Source of the DNA: an uncultured bacterium
GTDB lineage: Bacteria; JAGOEH01
Direction: 5' to 3'
Assembly (NCBI GenBank): GCA_964632485.1
Contig: CAZWDO010000013.1
Location: forward strand, 62,001-121,187
DNA length: 59,187 nucleotides
Position 1 is the stretch's first letter; the number at the start of each line of letters is the position of its first letter. A program made the translations under genes and the position numbers. The notes beneath the pieces were generated by a model. The model searched no databases and had not been told where the DNA came from. It saw nothing but the letters and a program-made list of their open reading frames with translations. Shown piece by piece: positions 1 to 9,665 of this stretch.

Positions 1-108
1 CAAATGGAAAATAAATCATTGGCAATTACAAGCTCCGCTGACGGGATGCATGAAGTCAAAGCCGGTGGAATTTTAACCCTCAAAGGCACTTTAATCAAGG
101 TCAATTAA
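1..108 (+). CDS. 3' end of a VgrG/gp5-like spike protein (partial)
   Basis: Frame 1 reads QMENKSLAITSSADGMHEVKAGGILTLKGTLIKVN*. The ending 'GxLTLKGxxIKVN' is typical of VgrG/gp5 beta-helix C-termini. Only 35 codons are visible. Confidence 0.55.
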   Translation, partial: QMENKSLAITSSADGMHEVKAGGILTLKGTLIKVN

Positions 109-118
109 GGAATCAATT

Positions 119-964
119 ATGGATAGCCCCGAACCCGTCGAAACTGGTGAAGCTCTGGAAGAAAAACGCATTCTGGATGATGATGGGCATCTCCTTAAGC
201 ATTTTTTTCTGTTGAATGAACAGATCCATGGCCGTTGTATGCAATACTATCCTCAGGGTAACCTTGAACTAGAATCAAATTTTGAACAAGGTAAGCTTCA
301 TGGGGAAATGCGGCAATACTCCCCAGAGAACAAATTGGTATTAGTCGCTCATTATATTCAGGGGGTTTTGGAAGGCGAGATGATTGTCTATGGTGAAAAT
401 GGAAAGTTTTCTCAAAAATCGCAATTTACGCAGGGAAAGCTCAATGGGGAAACTATGATGTATAACCTTGATGGTCAGATGATCCAACGAATTTTTTATG
501 TGGATGGTAATGTTGAGGGCAGAATGAAAAGCTATAAAAATAATCAGCTTCAGTTGGAAATTGATTATGTGAAAAATGTCCAGGACGGGGAGATGCTAAG
601 CTATAGCGACAATGGCAATCTCAGCGCTCGGTACCTTTATCGCAAAGGGAAAATGAACGGTCCGGCATCTTTGTATGATAGCGAGGAACGCCTCGTCCGG
701 GAAATGAATTATGTGAATAATAATCTCGAAGGCGATGTCCGCGATTATTATGAGAACGGTGAACTTCGACAGCTTTCTTTTTATCGCGAAAATCTATTGG
801 AGGGAGAAATGTTGCTTTATGATGAAGAAGGCTATTTGCGTAAGCGCATTTATTATAAAAAAGGAAAACAGCAGGGAGAGCCTATTGAATATGATCAGGA
901 AGGGAATGCGCTGAATCAGCCGGAAGATACTCCGAAGAGAAAGAAATGGTTGGGGATTTTCTGA
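119..964 (+). CDS. MORN-variant repeat protein (YwqK-like antitoxin family)
   Basis: About 23-aa repeats (GxxxxYxxNGxLxxxxxYxxGxxxG) run through the whole 281-aa protein. Confidence 0.85.
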   Translation: MDSPEPVETGEALEEKRILDDDGHLLKHFFLLNEQIHGRCMQYYPQGNLELESNFEQGKLHGEMRQYSPENKLVLVAHYIQGVLEGEMIVYGENGKFSQKSQFTQGKLNGETMMYNLDGQMIQRIFYVDGNVEGRMKSYKNNQLQLEIDYVKNVQDGEMLSYSDNGNLSARYLYRKGKMNGPASLYDSEERLVREMNYVNNNLEGDVRDYYENGELRQLSFYRENLLEGEMLLYDEEGYLRKRIYYKKGKQQGEPIEYDQEGNALNQPEDTPKRKKWLGIF

Positions 965-1110
965 ATCGGAGCTTGCCGGTGGAGGTTGAAAAAATCGATT
1001 AGCCGTCATGGGTTGCATTTCGCTGATTAGTTCAGGTTTGCGCGATGTTCCTTGAATGTGACTGCGATCGGATACTGTTTTTGATTGTCAATGGGATAGT
1101 TGACACCGAT

Positions 1111-3135
1111 TCAATTGGAATGGGGTATTAAAATTGTTGATATTACTCCCCGCGGCTGACGGTTTTCTACACTAAGCGTTCCCTCAAATTTTGAGATTAA
1201 AATGCGGGTGATGGGCAATCCTAAACCCATGTGGCTCAAATTCGGTTTTGTGGTAAAAAATGGATCGAATATTTTTTCCGGATCACCAGCTAACCCGCAA
1301 CCATTGTCTTCGATTGTGATTCTGAATGTTGAATTCTCCTTGGCGCATCTGATCTGGATGGTTTTAAGATCAGGGGGCTCACTATCGAAGGATTCGATAG
1401 CATTCATGATTAAATTTAAAATTATCTGAATAAAATTTATTTTTGAACCTTTTAATTGGAATTGATATGGTTGGTTGACTGATAATTCGATTTGGCGTTC
1501 CTTAATCTGGATGTCGATTATTTTAAGGGCTTCCGCAATCGCTTCTGTTAGCGGAAATAGCTCTTTTTCCGTATTCATCGCGGTTTGAAATCGGCGCATT
1601 TCGCCGATAATTTGCTGGATTCGCTGGACGGAGATGGTAATATCCGTCAGATAATCACGGACAAAACCGGGTAATCTCCCTCCTTTAAAGTCTTCCCAGT
1701 ATAAAAGACTCTCACTCAGAACACGGATCGCGTTTAGTGGTTGATTGATTTCGTGGGTGATTCCGGCAGCCATGGTGCCGACGGTGGCCAAACGGGTCGC
1801 CTTCTCGATTAATTCCAGATTGGCCTGGTTTTTGCGTTCAAGTTTAATTTTTTGCTGGTAGTTTTGCTCGCGTTCATAAGCGCTCAGAACAAGGGCAGCG
1901 ATGAGCTCGGCTACATTGAGATCGCTTTTTTGCCATGCGTAGGGAGTGTGTTTAAAAAAGAACATTAATCCTACAATTTGATGCTGCCGTTTAAACGGGA
2001 TGATAATTCCAGATTGAGCAGAAAATGAAGCGAATTGTTCCCCGGCAATTTGTTTGAATTCGTCGGCGCTTTTAAAACTAATGGATTTTGTTTGAATAAA
2101 AAGAGGGCATTGGGCGAATTGGGAAAAAAAACATTGATTGCGAGTAAAAATACCATTTTTTTGCCAATAATAGACTTCTTTAGTTTGCGGATTCTGATAA
2201 TGAAAACAGATTTGGATTTCATCCAATAATGAAAAGGTTCCGCATTTCTCTAAAATTTGACGAATATCGGCATCGAATTGGTTAATCTGGTTAACCTCCT
2301 GAGCGATATTTGTTAAAAATTCTTGTTGCATGAGCGCTTGTTTAATATGGGTGATATCGATTCCCGAACCGATAATTTTACACATCTTGCCATTTTCATC
2401 GAAAATGGGTGTTAATGTATTATAAAACCAGCGTTTCCCCTTATTTTTTGTGGGTATAAACTCTTCAAAGCTTATATTGTTTTTAGTTGCAAAGACTTTC
2501 TTGCATAGGTTGCGATAGAATGTAGCGGCCTCTTCAGGATAGAGTTCCTCAAATTCGATGCCTTTTTCACTGCATAGGTTATAGCCGGTATTTTCCTGAT
2601 CAGCCTTATTATTGTGAATCCAGCGTAGATTTCCATCATTGTCGATATCAGTGACCCAAATCGGAAAGTTGACGCCGTCATAGATCGCTTCGAGAAATTG
2701 TTTAGCCGATTTTAGATTTTCTTCCATTTTTATAGCCGGGGAGATATCCCTTCCGACGGATTGGATGTATTTTATTTCCCCGGATGCTTCGAATACAGCG
2801 TGATCAATCCATTGTTGGTAACTGAAATTTCCATCACCGGTTATCACTGGATGGATATAATTTGCCTTGGGATTTTGGGGGGTGAGTGTATTGATATAGG
2901 TTCGGATTTCTGCATGAATATTTTCGGGAATCAGATTAAATATAGTCATTTTTGTTATTTCCTGGATCGAACGGTGGAAAAAATTACAGTAACTGGAATT
3001 GGCATAAAGTATTTGCCCATCTTTTTTCATGACGCAAACTAAATCTGATTGTATTTCCAAAAACTCTTTATATTCGCCAGGGCCAAATTTGATAAAAGGA
3101 GGCTTGTCTATTTTTGATTTATTTTTGTTCATCAT
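1111..3135 (-). CDS. PAS/PAS/GAF-like sensor histidine kinase (NtrB-like)
   Basis: H-box HEINQPL, N-box NLIMNA, DNGCG, FDPFFTTK and GLGL motifs; two PAS/PAC domains. Start placed at the ATG (3135) that overlaps the upstream TAA. Confidence 0.92.
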   Translation of the reverse strand: MMNKNKSKIDKPPFIKFGPGEYKEFLEIQSDLVCVMKKDGQILYANSSYCNFFHRSIQEITKMTIFNLIPENIHAEIRTYINTLTPQNPKANYIHPVITGDGNFSYQQWIDHAVFEASGEIKYIQSVGRDISPAIKMEENLKSAKQFLEAIYDGVNFPIWVTDIDNDGNLRWIHNNKADQENTGYNLCSEKGIEFEELYPEEAATFYRNLCKKVFATKNNISFEEFIPTKNKGKRWFYNTLTPIFDENGKMCKIIGSGIDITHIKQALMQQEFLTNIAQEVNQINQFDADIRQILEKCGTFSLLDEIQICFHYQNPQTKEVYYWQKNGIFTRNQCFFSQFAQCPLFIQTKSISFKSADEFKQIAGEQFASFSAQSGIIIPFKRQHQIVGLMFFFKHTPYAWQKSDLNVAELIAALVLSAYEREQNYQQKIKLERKNQANLELIEKATRLATVGTMAAGITHEINQPLNAIRVLSESLLYWEDFKGGRLPGFVRDYLTDITISVQRIQQIIGEMRRFQTAMNTEKELFPLTEAIAEALKIIDIQIKERQIELSVNQPYQFQLKGSKINFIQIILNLIMNAIESFDSEPPDLKTIQIRCAKENSTFRITIEDNGCGLAGDPEKIFDPFFTTKPNLSHMGLGLPITRILISKFEGTLSVENRQPRGVISTILIPHSN

Positions 3136-4604
3136 TAAATCAACTTGTAGCGTTTTAAACGAGTGTATAGTTGCGTTCGGGTCAATCCCAGGAACCGAGC
3201 GGTTTCGCTGACATTCTTTTTGTTCTGGCGCCACACGTTAGTGATAATTTTCTTATTCCATTCATCCAGCGAAAACGGTTTTGAAAATGCGGGAACCGTT
3301 GATTCCATTTCTTCAATTATCGTATCCTTTTGTCCCTCGGTTTGATGATTGGTTTTAAGAAATCTCAGGTGTCTGGTTTTGATACTGCGTTCATCAAAGA
3401 GCAAAACCACTCGTTCAATGCAGTTTTGCAGTTCCCTGATATTTCCTGGCCAGGGATAGGATTCAAGTAATTCGAGCGCATCCTTTTCAATATATTGGAA
3501 TTGGCGTTTTTTTTCGCGGGAGAATTGTTCCAGAAAAAGTTGCGAGAGGGGCCCAATTTCTTCTTTTCGGTCCCGTAGCGAGGATACATAAATTCGGCCG
3601 GTATTCAACCGGTAGAATAGGTCGGCCCGGAAAAGTCCGAGTTTAACTTTATTGGGTAAATCCACATTAGTGGCGCAGATAATTCGCACATCGACGGAAA
3701 GAGTTTTTGTACCTCCTACCCGATAAAATTCTCGCTGTTCCAAAAATCGCAGGAGCTTAGGCTGAACATCCAAGGGAAGTTCACCTATTTCATCCAGAAA
3801 AAGAGTCCCTCCGTCAGCAAGTTTGATTTTTCCAATTCCACCCCCACGGGCGGATCCGGTAAAAGAGCCAGGCTCATAGCCAAATAGTTCGCTTTCAAAC
3901 AAGGTTGGCGGCAACGCGGCGCAATTTATACTGATAAACGGATGGGTTTCCTGACCTTTCAGACTGTAATGAACCAAACGCGCAATAATCTCTTTCCCAG
4001 TGCCAGTTTCACCTTCTATCAATACCGGAACCGACCGGTCTTTATGTAATTTCTCCGTTAATTCAACTAACAATCGCATGGAGTTAGAAAATATACCGAT
4101 ACGGCCAATGCCAGTTGCATTATCCTGCACAGATTTATAATACCGGGATCGTTCTTCGGCTGTTTCATTATGTTCCTTTAGTTTTTGAATGCTTTCCCTG
4201 AGATGAGTGTTTTCTTTGATCAGACGGTTTTTATCTTCCAGTCGTTTCAATACGATCGCAAGCTCCTGGATATTCAATGGTTTAAGTAAATAATCCACTG
4301 CGCCTAACCGCAACGCCTGAATGGAAGTCTCCATATCTCCATATCCTGTCATAAGGATGACTTCGATCGATGTGTTTCGTGATTTGATTTCTTTCAGCAA
4401 ACTGATCCCATCCATTTGGGGCATTTTAATATCGGTCAGAACGACCGGATGGTAATCTCTATCCAATAAATCCAGAGCTTCAAAGCCGTTACAACAAACC
4501 GAAACCGTATATTCCAATTGATTCTGCAGAAACGCGTTGATGGCCTTGCGGCTAATTTCATCATCTTCCACTAATAAAACTTTCCAGATGTTTGCCTCAG
4601 GCAA
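3135..4604 (-). CDS. Sigma54-dependent response regulator (REC-AAA+-Fis HTH, NtrC family)
   Basis: REC (EDD, DIKMP), GETGTGKE, ESELFGYEPGSFTGS, LFLDEIGE, WPGNIREL and C-terminal HTH. TTG start with an AGGAG RBS. Confidence 0.95.
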   Translation of the reverse strand: MPEANIWKVLLVEDDEISRKAINAFLQNQLEYTVSVCCNGFEALDLLDRDYHPVVLTDIKMPQMDGISLLKEIKSRNTSIEVILMTGYGDMETSIQALRLGAVDYLLKPLNIQELAIVLKRLEDKNRLIKENTHLRESIQKLKEHNETAEERSRYYKSVQDNATGIGRIGIFSNSMRLLVELTEKLHKDRSVPVLIEGETGTGKEIIARLVHYSLKGQETHPFISINCAALPPTLFESELFGYEPGSFTGSARGGGIGKIKLADGGTLFLDEIGELPLDVQPKLLRFLEQREFYRVGGTKTLSVDVRIICATNVDLPNKVKLGLFRADLFYRLNTGRIYVSSLRDRKEEIGPLSQLFLEQFSREKKRQFQYIEKDALELLESYPWPGNIRELQNCIERVVLLFDERSIKTRHLRFLKTNHQTEGQKDTIIEEMESTVPAFSKPFSLDEWNKKIITNVWRQNKKNVSETARFLGLTRTQLYTRLKRYKLI

Positions 4605-4676
4605 TCATTCACTCCTTTCCGCTTAAAGACTACCGGGACTGCGCCCATTCATTTTTTGGAAGCTCATTTTACTTGA

Positions 4677-4705
4677 AATATAGTTTATTTAAATTAAAAT
4701 GTCAA
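4677..4705 (-). promoter_or_regulatory. Sigma70-type promoter for the NtrC-family/kinase operon
   Basis: TTGACA-17bp-TATATT on the minus strand, about 70 bp upstream of the TTG start. Confidence 0.65.
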
Positions 4706-4756
4706 CATAATAAAAAATTATCACTTGCAGCCATAATTCGCTGTCGCTAAATTATA

Positions 4757-4801
4757 AAATAAAATGAGGTCGAATAGATGGGGGGACATCTATTCGACCT
4801 C
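4757..4801 (-). terminator. Intrinsic terminator closing the sigma54 transcript
   Basis: Perfect 15-bp stem GAGGTCGAATAGATG/CATCTATTCGACCTC (4766-4801), followed by ATTTTATTTT on the minus strand. Confidence 0.8.
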
Positions 4802-4871
4802 TTAGCAATGTGGCCCGATAGAAGACATTACCCACTAGTTTTTGATTTTGTGGGGTGTTGTTTTGTTCTGT
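4757..4871 (-). ncRNA. Candidate sigma54-dependent small RNA (~110 nt)
   Basis: Bounded by a -24/-12 promoter and a strong terminator. No ORF with an RBS inside; A/C-rich 5' half. Confidence 0.6.
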
Positions 4872-4880
4872 AGTATTAAT

Positions 4881-4896
4881 TGCAGTATCTATGCCA
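4881..4896 (-). promoter_or_regulatory. Sigma54 (-24/-12) promoter
   Basis: TGGCATAGATACTGCA: GG and GC sit at exact consensus spacing. Confidence 0.75.
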
Positions 4897-4962
4897 ATAA
4901 TTATTCTATCTTTAACCTGTTATCATTCAATTTGTTATTATGAATAATGCAGTTTTGAAAGA

Positions 4963-5028
4963 TGTTTGATTTTGGACAGTTGGGTAAAATGCGATGTGTA
5001 AAATCAATCATGTGTCTGATTCTGCGCA
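4963..5028. promoter_or_regulatory. Putative upstream activator sites for a sigma54 enhancer-binding protein
   Basis: Three related 16-mers: TGTTTGATTTTGGACA (4963-4978, TGT-N10-ACA), TGATTGATTTTACACA (reverse complement of 4995-5010) and TGTCTGATTCTGCGCA (5013-5028). They lie about 90-160 bp upstream of the predicted TSS. Confidence 0.5.
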
Positions 5029-5036
5029 CAAAAAAA

Positions 5037-6455
5037 TTAAAGCGGGGTGGGAGGAATTGTGAAGGAATTTGTGAATTTAGGGAATTTTTCAAGAATGCAA
5101 GCGCTGATATCATCTTCCAATTCATTAAAATGAGCAGCTATATCCATTAATTTTTGGATCAACTCTGGTGTAGGGAGCGAACGGTATAAGGCAATCTGGT
5201 TGTTCAGATAACTGATTCCGGTATAAGTTGCGTTGGGTTGTTTAATTTCATACAATCCATCGGTAAAAAGGATCAAGCGGTCATCATCCTGTAATTGGAG
5301 TTCCTGTTTAAATCTTTTCGGATTGGGGATAAAGGGGGAGATGAAATGGCTATTGGCTTGATATTTTTCGATGGAGTGATCATTAAAAACAATAAAAGGA
5401 GGGTGCCCGGCATTGCTATAAGTTATTTGGCCATTACCCAGATTGAGACGTAAAATTTGAAGTGTGAGAAAATAATCAGACGACAAATATTTACAAATTT
5501 CAATCTGAATTTCGGTTAGCAATCGATCCACCTCAATTGGATAGGTAACGAGAGAGTGGATAATAGTATTTAGGATAAATACGAAGAAAGAAGCGACGAT
5601 CCCATGTCCGGAAACGTCCCCAATGAAAATATAAAGATATTCATCGATATGAATTGTGTTCAGATAATCTCCGGCCATTTGTTCTGAGGGAGAATAAAAA
5701 TTTGTTAATTGATAGTCGCCGGCTCGTACTTGGTTAGGAGCGATAATCAATTTTTGCAATTCAGCGGCCAATTCGAGTTCACTTTTCAAACGGGTATTAA
5801 AACGCTCAATTTTATATCTGGCTTCCTCATTTTCTTTTAGGGAGGTCAGGAGTTGGATATTGGATTTTTTAAGTTCCTGTGTGCGCTCTTCGACCAATCG
5901 TTCCAAATGCTGACGATAAAGGTTTAATTCGTTTAGATTTTTTTCGATTTGCAACAGGTCCCGGAAATTCCGTAAAGCGGAAATTACGGCAGTGAATAAT
6001 TTTTTTGCCGTTAATTCAGTCTTGGTTTTATAATCATTGATATCATAATCAATGATTATCTTGTTTTCGGGCGCTTGGCCAGGTTGCCCGGTGCGTAGTA
6101 TAATGCGAATGAGCTGATTTTTAATTCGATCCCGGATATAGCGGATGAGTTTCAAGCCTGAATTGTCTTCCTCCATCACAACGTCCAGCAAAATGACACT
6201 GATATCGCTGGTATTGGTTAAAATATTTTCTGCTTCAATGGCGGAATAAGCGGGTAACAATTCCAGTTTTTTTCCTTCAAACTCGATATTTTTCAAAGCC
6301 AGGCAAGTCACTTTGAAAACTTCGGGATCGTCATCGACGACGAGTATTTTCCATTTTTCATGATGGGTATAACTTTGGGTGTCCCCTGTTGCAGGTTCAT
6401 GAAAAAAGAGTAAATCATCGGAAAAAGTTGAAGGAAGTGGATTAATCATAGGCAT
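5037..6455 (-). CDS. Response regulator receiver + SpoIIE/PP2C phosphatase
   Basis: REC (VDDD, LLDVVME), coiled coil, then PP2C motifs AGDY, GDVSGHG, NAGHPP, FTDGL and DDIS. Confidence 0.92.
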   Translation of the reverse strand: MPMINPLPSTFSDDLLFFHEPATGDTQSYTHHEKWKILVVDDDPEVFKVTCLALKNIEFEGKKLELLPAYSAIEAENILTNTSDISVILLDVVMEEDNSGLKLIRYIRDRIKNQLIRIILRTGQPGQAPENKIIIDYDINDYKTKTELTAKKLFTAVISALRNFRDLLQIEKNLNELNLYRQHLERLVEERTQELKKSNIQLLTSLKENEEARYKIERFNTRLKSELELAAELQKLIIAPNQVRAGDYQLTNFYSPSEQMAGDYLNTIHIDEYLYIFIGDVSGHGIVASFFVFILNTIIHSLVTYPIEVDRLLTEIQIEICKYLSSDYFLTLQILRLNLGNGQITYSNAGHPPFIVFNDHSIEKYQANSHFISPFIPNPKRFKQELQLQDDDRLILFTDGLYEIKQPNATYTGISYLNNQIALYRSLPTPELIQKLMDIAAHFNELEDDISACILEKFPKFTNSFTIPPTPL

Positions 6456-7808
6456 CTATTTCATGTCATAACTGTTGCTGATATATTGTTTAAATGAATT
6501 TTCAACAATGTAGCGGATACTGAACGGTGGTTTTATTTTTTCGTTGGGAATTGTTTGCCTGACGCGATATACAATATCACCGGAGGTTGTTTTAACCAGA
6601 TGGATCGCATCTGAGGGTACGATAATCGTATCGCCGGTCATCTGTTCCGGCTTTAAGAAGGCGATTTTCACTATGATATGATTTAATGGCAGATAGTCCA
6701 CAAAATCGAATACAAATTGGATATTTTTTCCATTTTGTTCGATTCGGTTGTTTTTCAGTTCCGGTTTGTTTTCTAATGAAAGTCGTTGGATTTCCGTATT
6801 TTTTTTTAAGTATTCCTGGTGGTTAACATCCAGTTCAATGGCGCGGGGGATGCGATACCCCTGGAGATTATTATTTTTGAAACAGGGTAGGAGGTTCATG
6901 TTTTGGCTTTCGATGGGTACAACCAGATCACCATCACCCACGAGTTCCGATTTGAGAAAGTTTTCAAGAGTCGTTGCCAATGTGCTGGGTAGCCCTAAGT
7001 TAAAATTGCCTTGAAAGAGCCGGCCAGCTTCGCGCTTAAGTTTGGCAATATCCTGTGACAATGATACTTTGCTGATAATACTGATGTATTCGACGTTTTC
7101 CGGATGTTTACTCTCATTCAAAGTTGCCAGCCATTGATTGCCATCTTCCGGTTCCCGTAAGTCGCGAAGCGCTGGCGCATCCAGGGGCATATCGGCCTGG
7201 TTTTCGAGTTGTGAAAAAAAAGGAGAAAAAACGAGTTGGAGGGCTTTGTTTTTTTTAGAAATTGAATTTTTCCAATTCCAGACAACAGCCAGCGGAGAGC
7301 CCTGATGGGGCGAGCCGATGGTGACCAATCGTTTAACGCTATGATTGGCGGCATACGCAACGACGTACGCTCGTCCCGCCAATCCTCCCATGCTGTACCC
7401 AATCAGTATGACATCCTTTGCCGAGGTGGCTTTGCGGACGCTTTGAATGGCTCGGGCTAATTCTTCAATCCATGCGCTTACAGAATCGGTGGGATTATTG
7501 AATGCGATGGTAAAAAAATCGCGCGTTGTTGAAATCGGATGACCTTCTTCCACGCTGATCACTCCATCATGAATAATCCCGCCAAACCCCAGTTTCAGTG
7601 AATCCTGATAATATTGGATTGCCTTTGCATCTTCCCAAACTGTCGCTTTTTGACCTAGTCCATGCAATAAGAGTATGGGAAAAGGAATTTGAAGCGCATT
7701 CACAATCGAGTCTTTTTCCGCGGGGTGATAATAGCTAATGGGTGGTTTTTTCCCCGCGCACGCTAATAAACTAATCATTAAACACAACCCGGCTATCCTA
7801 CGCGTCAT
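6456..7808 (-). CDS. Alpha/beta hydrolase (lipase/PGAP1-like) lipoprotein
   Basis: Lipobox LLAC, LLLHGL oxyanion motif, GYSMGG nucleophile elbow, IGSPHQG and GDLVVP. Confidence 0.85.
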   Translation of the reverse strand: MTRRIAGLCLMISLLACAGKKPPISYYHPAEKDSIVNALQIPFPILLLHGLGQKATVWEDAKAIQYYQDSLKLGFGGIIHDGVISVEEGHPISTTRDFFTIAFNNPTDSVSAWIEELARAIQSVRKATSAKDVILIGYSMGGLAGRAYVVAYAANHSVKRLVTIGSPHQGSPLAVVWNWKNSISKKNKALQLVFSPFFSQLENQADMPLDAPALRDLREPEDGNQWLATLNESKHPENVEYISIISKVSLSQDIAKLKREAGRLFQGNFNLGLPSTLATTLENFLKSELVGDGDLVVPIESQNMNLLPCFKNNNLQGYRIPRAIELDVNHQEYLKKNTEIQRLSLENKPELKNNRIEQNGKNIQFVFDFVDYLPLNHIIVKIAFLKPEQMTGDTIIVPSDAIHLVKTTSGDIVYRVRQTIPNEKIKPPFSIRYIVENSFKQYISNSYDMK

Positions 7809-7995
7809 CTATTCACTCCTTTTTGGGATCATTTCTGTTTGATGGTTGTTATGTAAACTTTTTTGATACTGATTGGGTGTCATCGTTCAGAACTCAAAAA
7901 TTGAACCGAATCAATCTGCTGAATTGCTTTTGGCAGTAAACATGGCTTTCAATTATTCCTGTATCGATGTTATGATAATTTCCTGGCCTCGGGTA

Positions 7996-9213
7996 CTAAG
8001 AGCGTAAATTTTGTGATTCCGATTTTGGGGTTTTAATCTGGCAGAGTGATAACAGATAGCCGGTCGGGCAGAGATATGAGCACCAGAATTTTGGAACAAA
8101 AAGTGAAGCGATCAGTGATGCTATAGCGAGAATCCAGACGAAAACGGCAACGGAGCGCAAAGCGAAAAAAGAAAAAGGTTCAAGATAAGCCAGATCAAAA
8201 TAGATTTGCATCAGCAGTAATCCAACGATTATGATTGAAAAAATAACGCGAAGCCATCGCAAGCGCCTGAACCAAACTGGCGCATTTTTCATGCGTATTT
8301 TTTTCCCGGCTTTGGCGACCAGTTCCTGCAGGGCTCCAAAAGGACACAGGTAAAGGCAGTAATAAGGGCGATTGAATATAAGCGGCAATAACAGCGCCAA
8401 CCCGAAAATCAGCATATACAGATGGTGGGGCCCCCAGTGCATTCCGTTAATTGTCCATCCCCAAAATAGGGAAAGCGATAAAAAGACAGTACTATAGAAT
8501 CCGAGAATGCCCACTGTTGCCAATAATAACCAATCGCGTTTCAGTTTCCACTTTCGGCTTCCAAAATAGTAACACAGGCTGAAAACGACCAGCAATAGCG
8601 TTGGGACGTCACGCCAGGGTGAAGGTTCACCCGTTTGCGGATCAATGGCTGTTTTTACTGCGCATAAGAGTGAAACGCGCTGTCTGAATGTTTGGAGGAT
8701 AGCTGAGCTGGACATTGTTGCGCCGGATACTGTTTCGATGGGTTTCTCCAGAGCTTCGGCCCAGGTCAGGCCATTCCATTGCGACCAATACTCTAATTTT
8801 TCCAATCGTTTTATGAAACCGGCTGTTTCACTGTTCGGCAACAGAGCGATACCGGTAATGCGATGTTCTTCGTTAAATCCGATAATAAAGGGTACCGGTC
8901 CTGCGTAGCCAATGATGGAGTCCGATACCGGACGGGTACAAACGAAATTGCCGATTTCCCGGTTTTGCTCATCGTACACAATTCCACATCGATCAGGTCC
9001 ATGGGCGATTTTAAAATCAGCCGCTTGAGGAAAAATCATGCGGATTTGTTCCATGGTTACGGGTACGCCCTCCTGGGAGATCAATTCAGCTCCGCTATTA
9101 GAAGTGCTGCAGGATTCAATCCAACGTTGATAGCGAGCATGAATCAGCCAGACGATGATAATGGCGCCAATAACAATTCCGCCTTTTTTTAAAAAAAACT
9201 TTACTTTTTCCAT
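7996..9213 (-). CDS. FMN-binding + NapH/NosR-like 4Fe-4S membrane protein
   Basis: Periplasmic FMN_bind domain (GYAGP, ETAG, flavinylation motif VSGATMSS), followed by TM helices with CxxxCPxG twice (YCLYLCPFG, WCSYLCPTG). Confidence 0.85.
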   Translation of the reverse strand: MEKVKFFLKKGGIVIGAIIIVWLIHARYQRWIESCSTSNSGAELISQEGVPVTMEQIRMIFPQAADFKIAHGPDRCGIVYDEQNREIGNFVCTRPVSDSIIGYAGPVPFIIGFNEEHRITGIALLPNSETAGFIKRLEKLEYWSQWNGLTWAEALEKPIETVSGATMSSSAILQTFRQRVSLLCAVKTAIDPQTGEPSPWRDVPTLLLVVFSLCYYFGSRKWKLKRDWLLLATVGILGFYSTVFLSLSLFWGWTINGMHWGPHHLYMLIFGLALLLPLIFNRPYYCLYLCPFGALQELVAKAGKKIRMKNAPVWFRRLRWLRVIFSIIIVGLLLMQIYFDLAYLEPFSFFALRSVAVFVWILAIASLIASLFVPKFWCSYLCPTGYLLSLCQIKTPKSESQNLRS

Positions 9214-9417
9214 CGGATTTCTCCTCTTTGTTGGGCTGCGATTTGAAAAACTATCATAATGATTAATACATTAAAATATAGAATTTGTCAAGGAATTTCC
9301 ATATCGCATAGAATTTTTTTTATAATTTGTATATCAATAGGTTAATTTTGAAATCCGAGTATGTAATTAGCAAATTTTTTCAGCGCCATTCAAGGTATAA
9401 AAATTAAATATACCAAG

Positions 9418-9609
9418 TCAGAATCTTATATTGACGTCGAATCCCAGGAAGAAAACTGTTTTGATATTATTTGCAAATGCGAACTGCCGTGTTATTCGGT
9501 ATAGGTTTCTTTTTTGTCGTTCATAAGTTGGGAGTAAATATTTAAATTACGCAGATTCAGAAAGACGTTTATAGTTTCCGTGACCTGATACGCGACGTTT
9601 CCATGAATT
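9418..9609 (-). pseudogene. Decayed 3' fragment of a paralogous TonB-dependent receptor
   Basis: Translates to IHGNVAYQVTETINVFLNLRNLNIYSQLMNDKKETYTE, then after a 1-bp deletion TRQFAFANNIKTVFFLGFDVNIRF*. It is collinear with the last ~60 aa of 9666..11828. Confidence 0.85.
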
Positions 9610-9633
9610 CCGGTATAGTCCGGAATTCATGGA
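9600..9633. repeat. 14-bp perfect inverted repeat (possible terminator of the TonB receptor gene)
   Basis: TCCATGAATTCCGG-tatagt-CCGGAATTCATGGA, 33 bp after the receptor stop and at the edge of the pseudogene fragment. Confidence 0.7.
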
Positions 9634-9665
9634 GAACACTTATGCGTATTCTATCAGTCGCAATC

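Noticed and set aside
3136-3234. 33-aa N-terminal extension of the histidine kinase in the ORF track
   Set aside because: It overlaps the regulator's HTH coding sequence; the coupled TAATG start at 3135 is more plausible.
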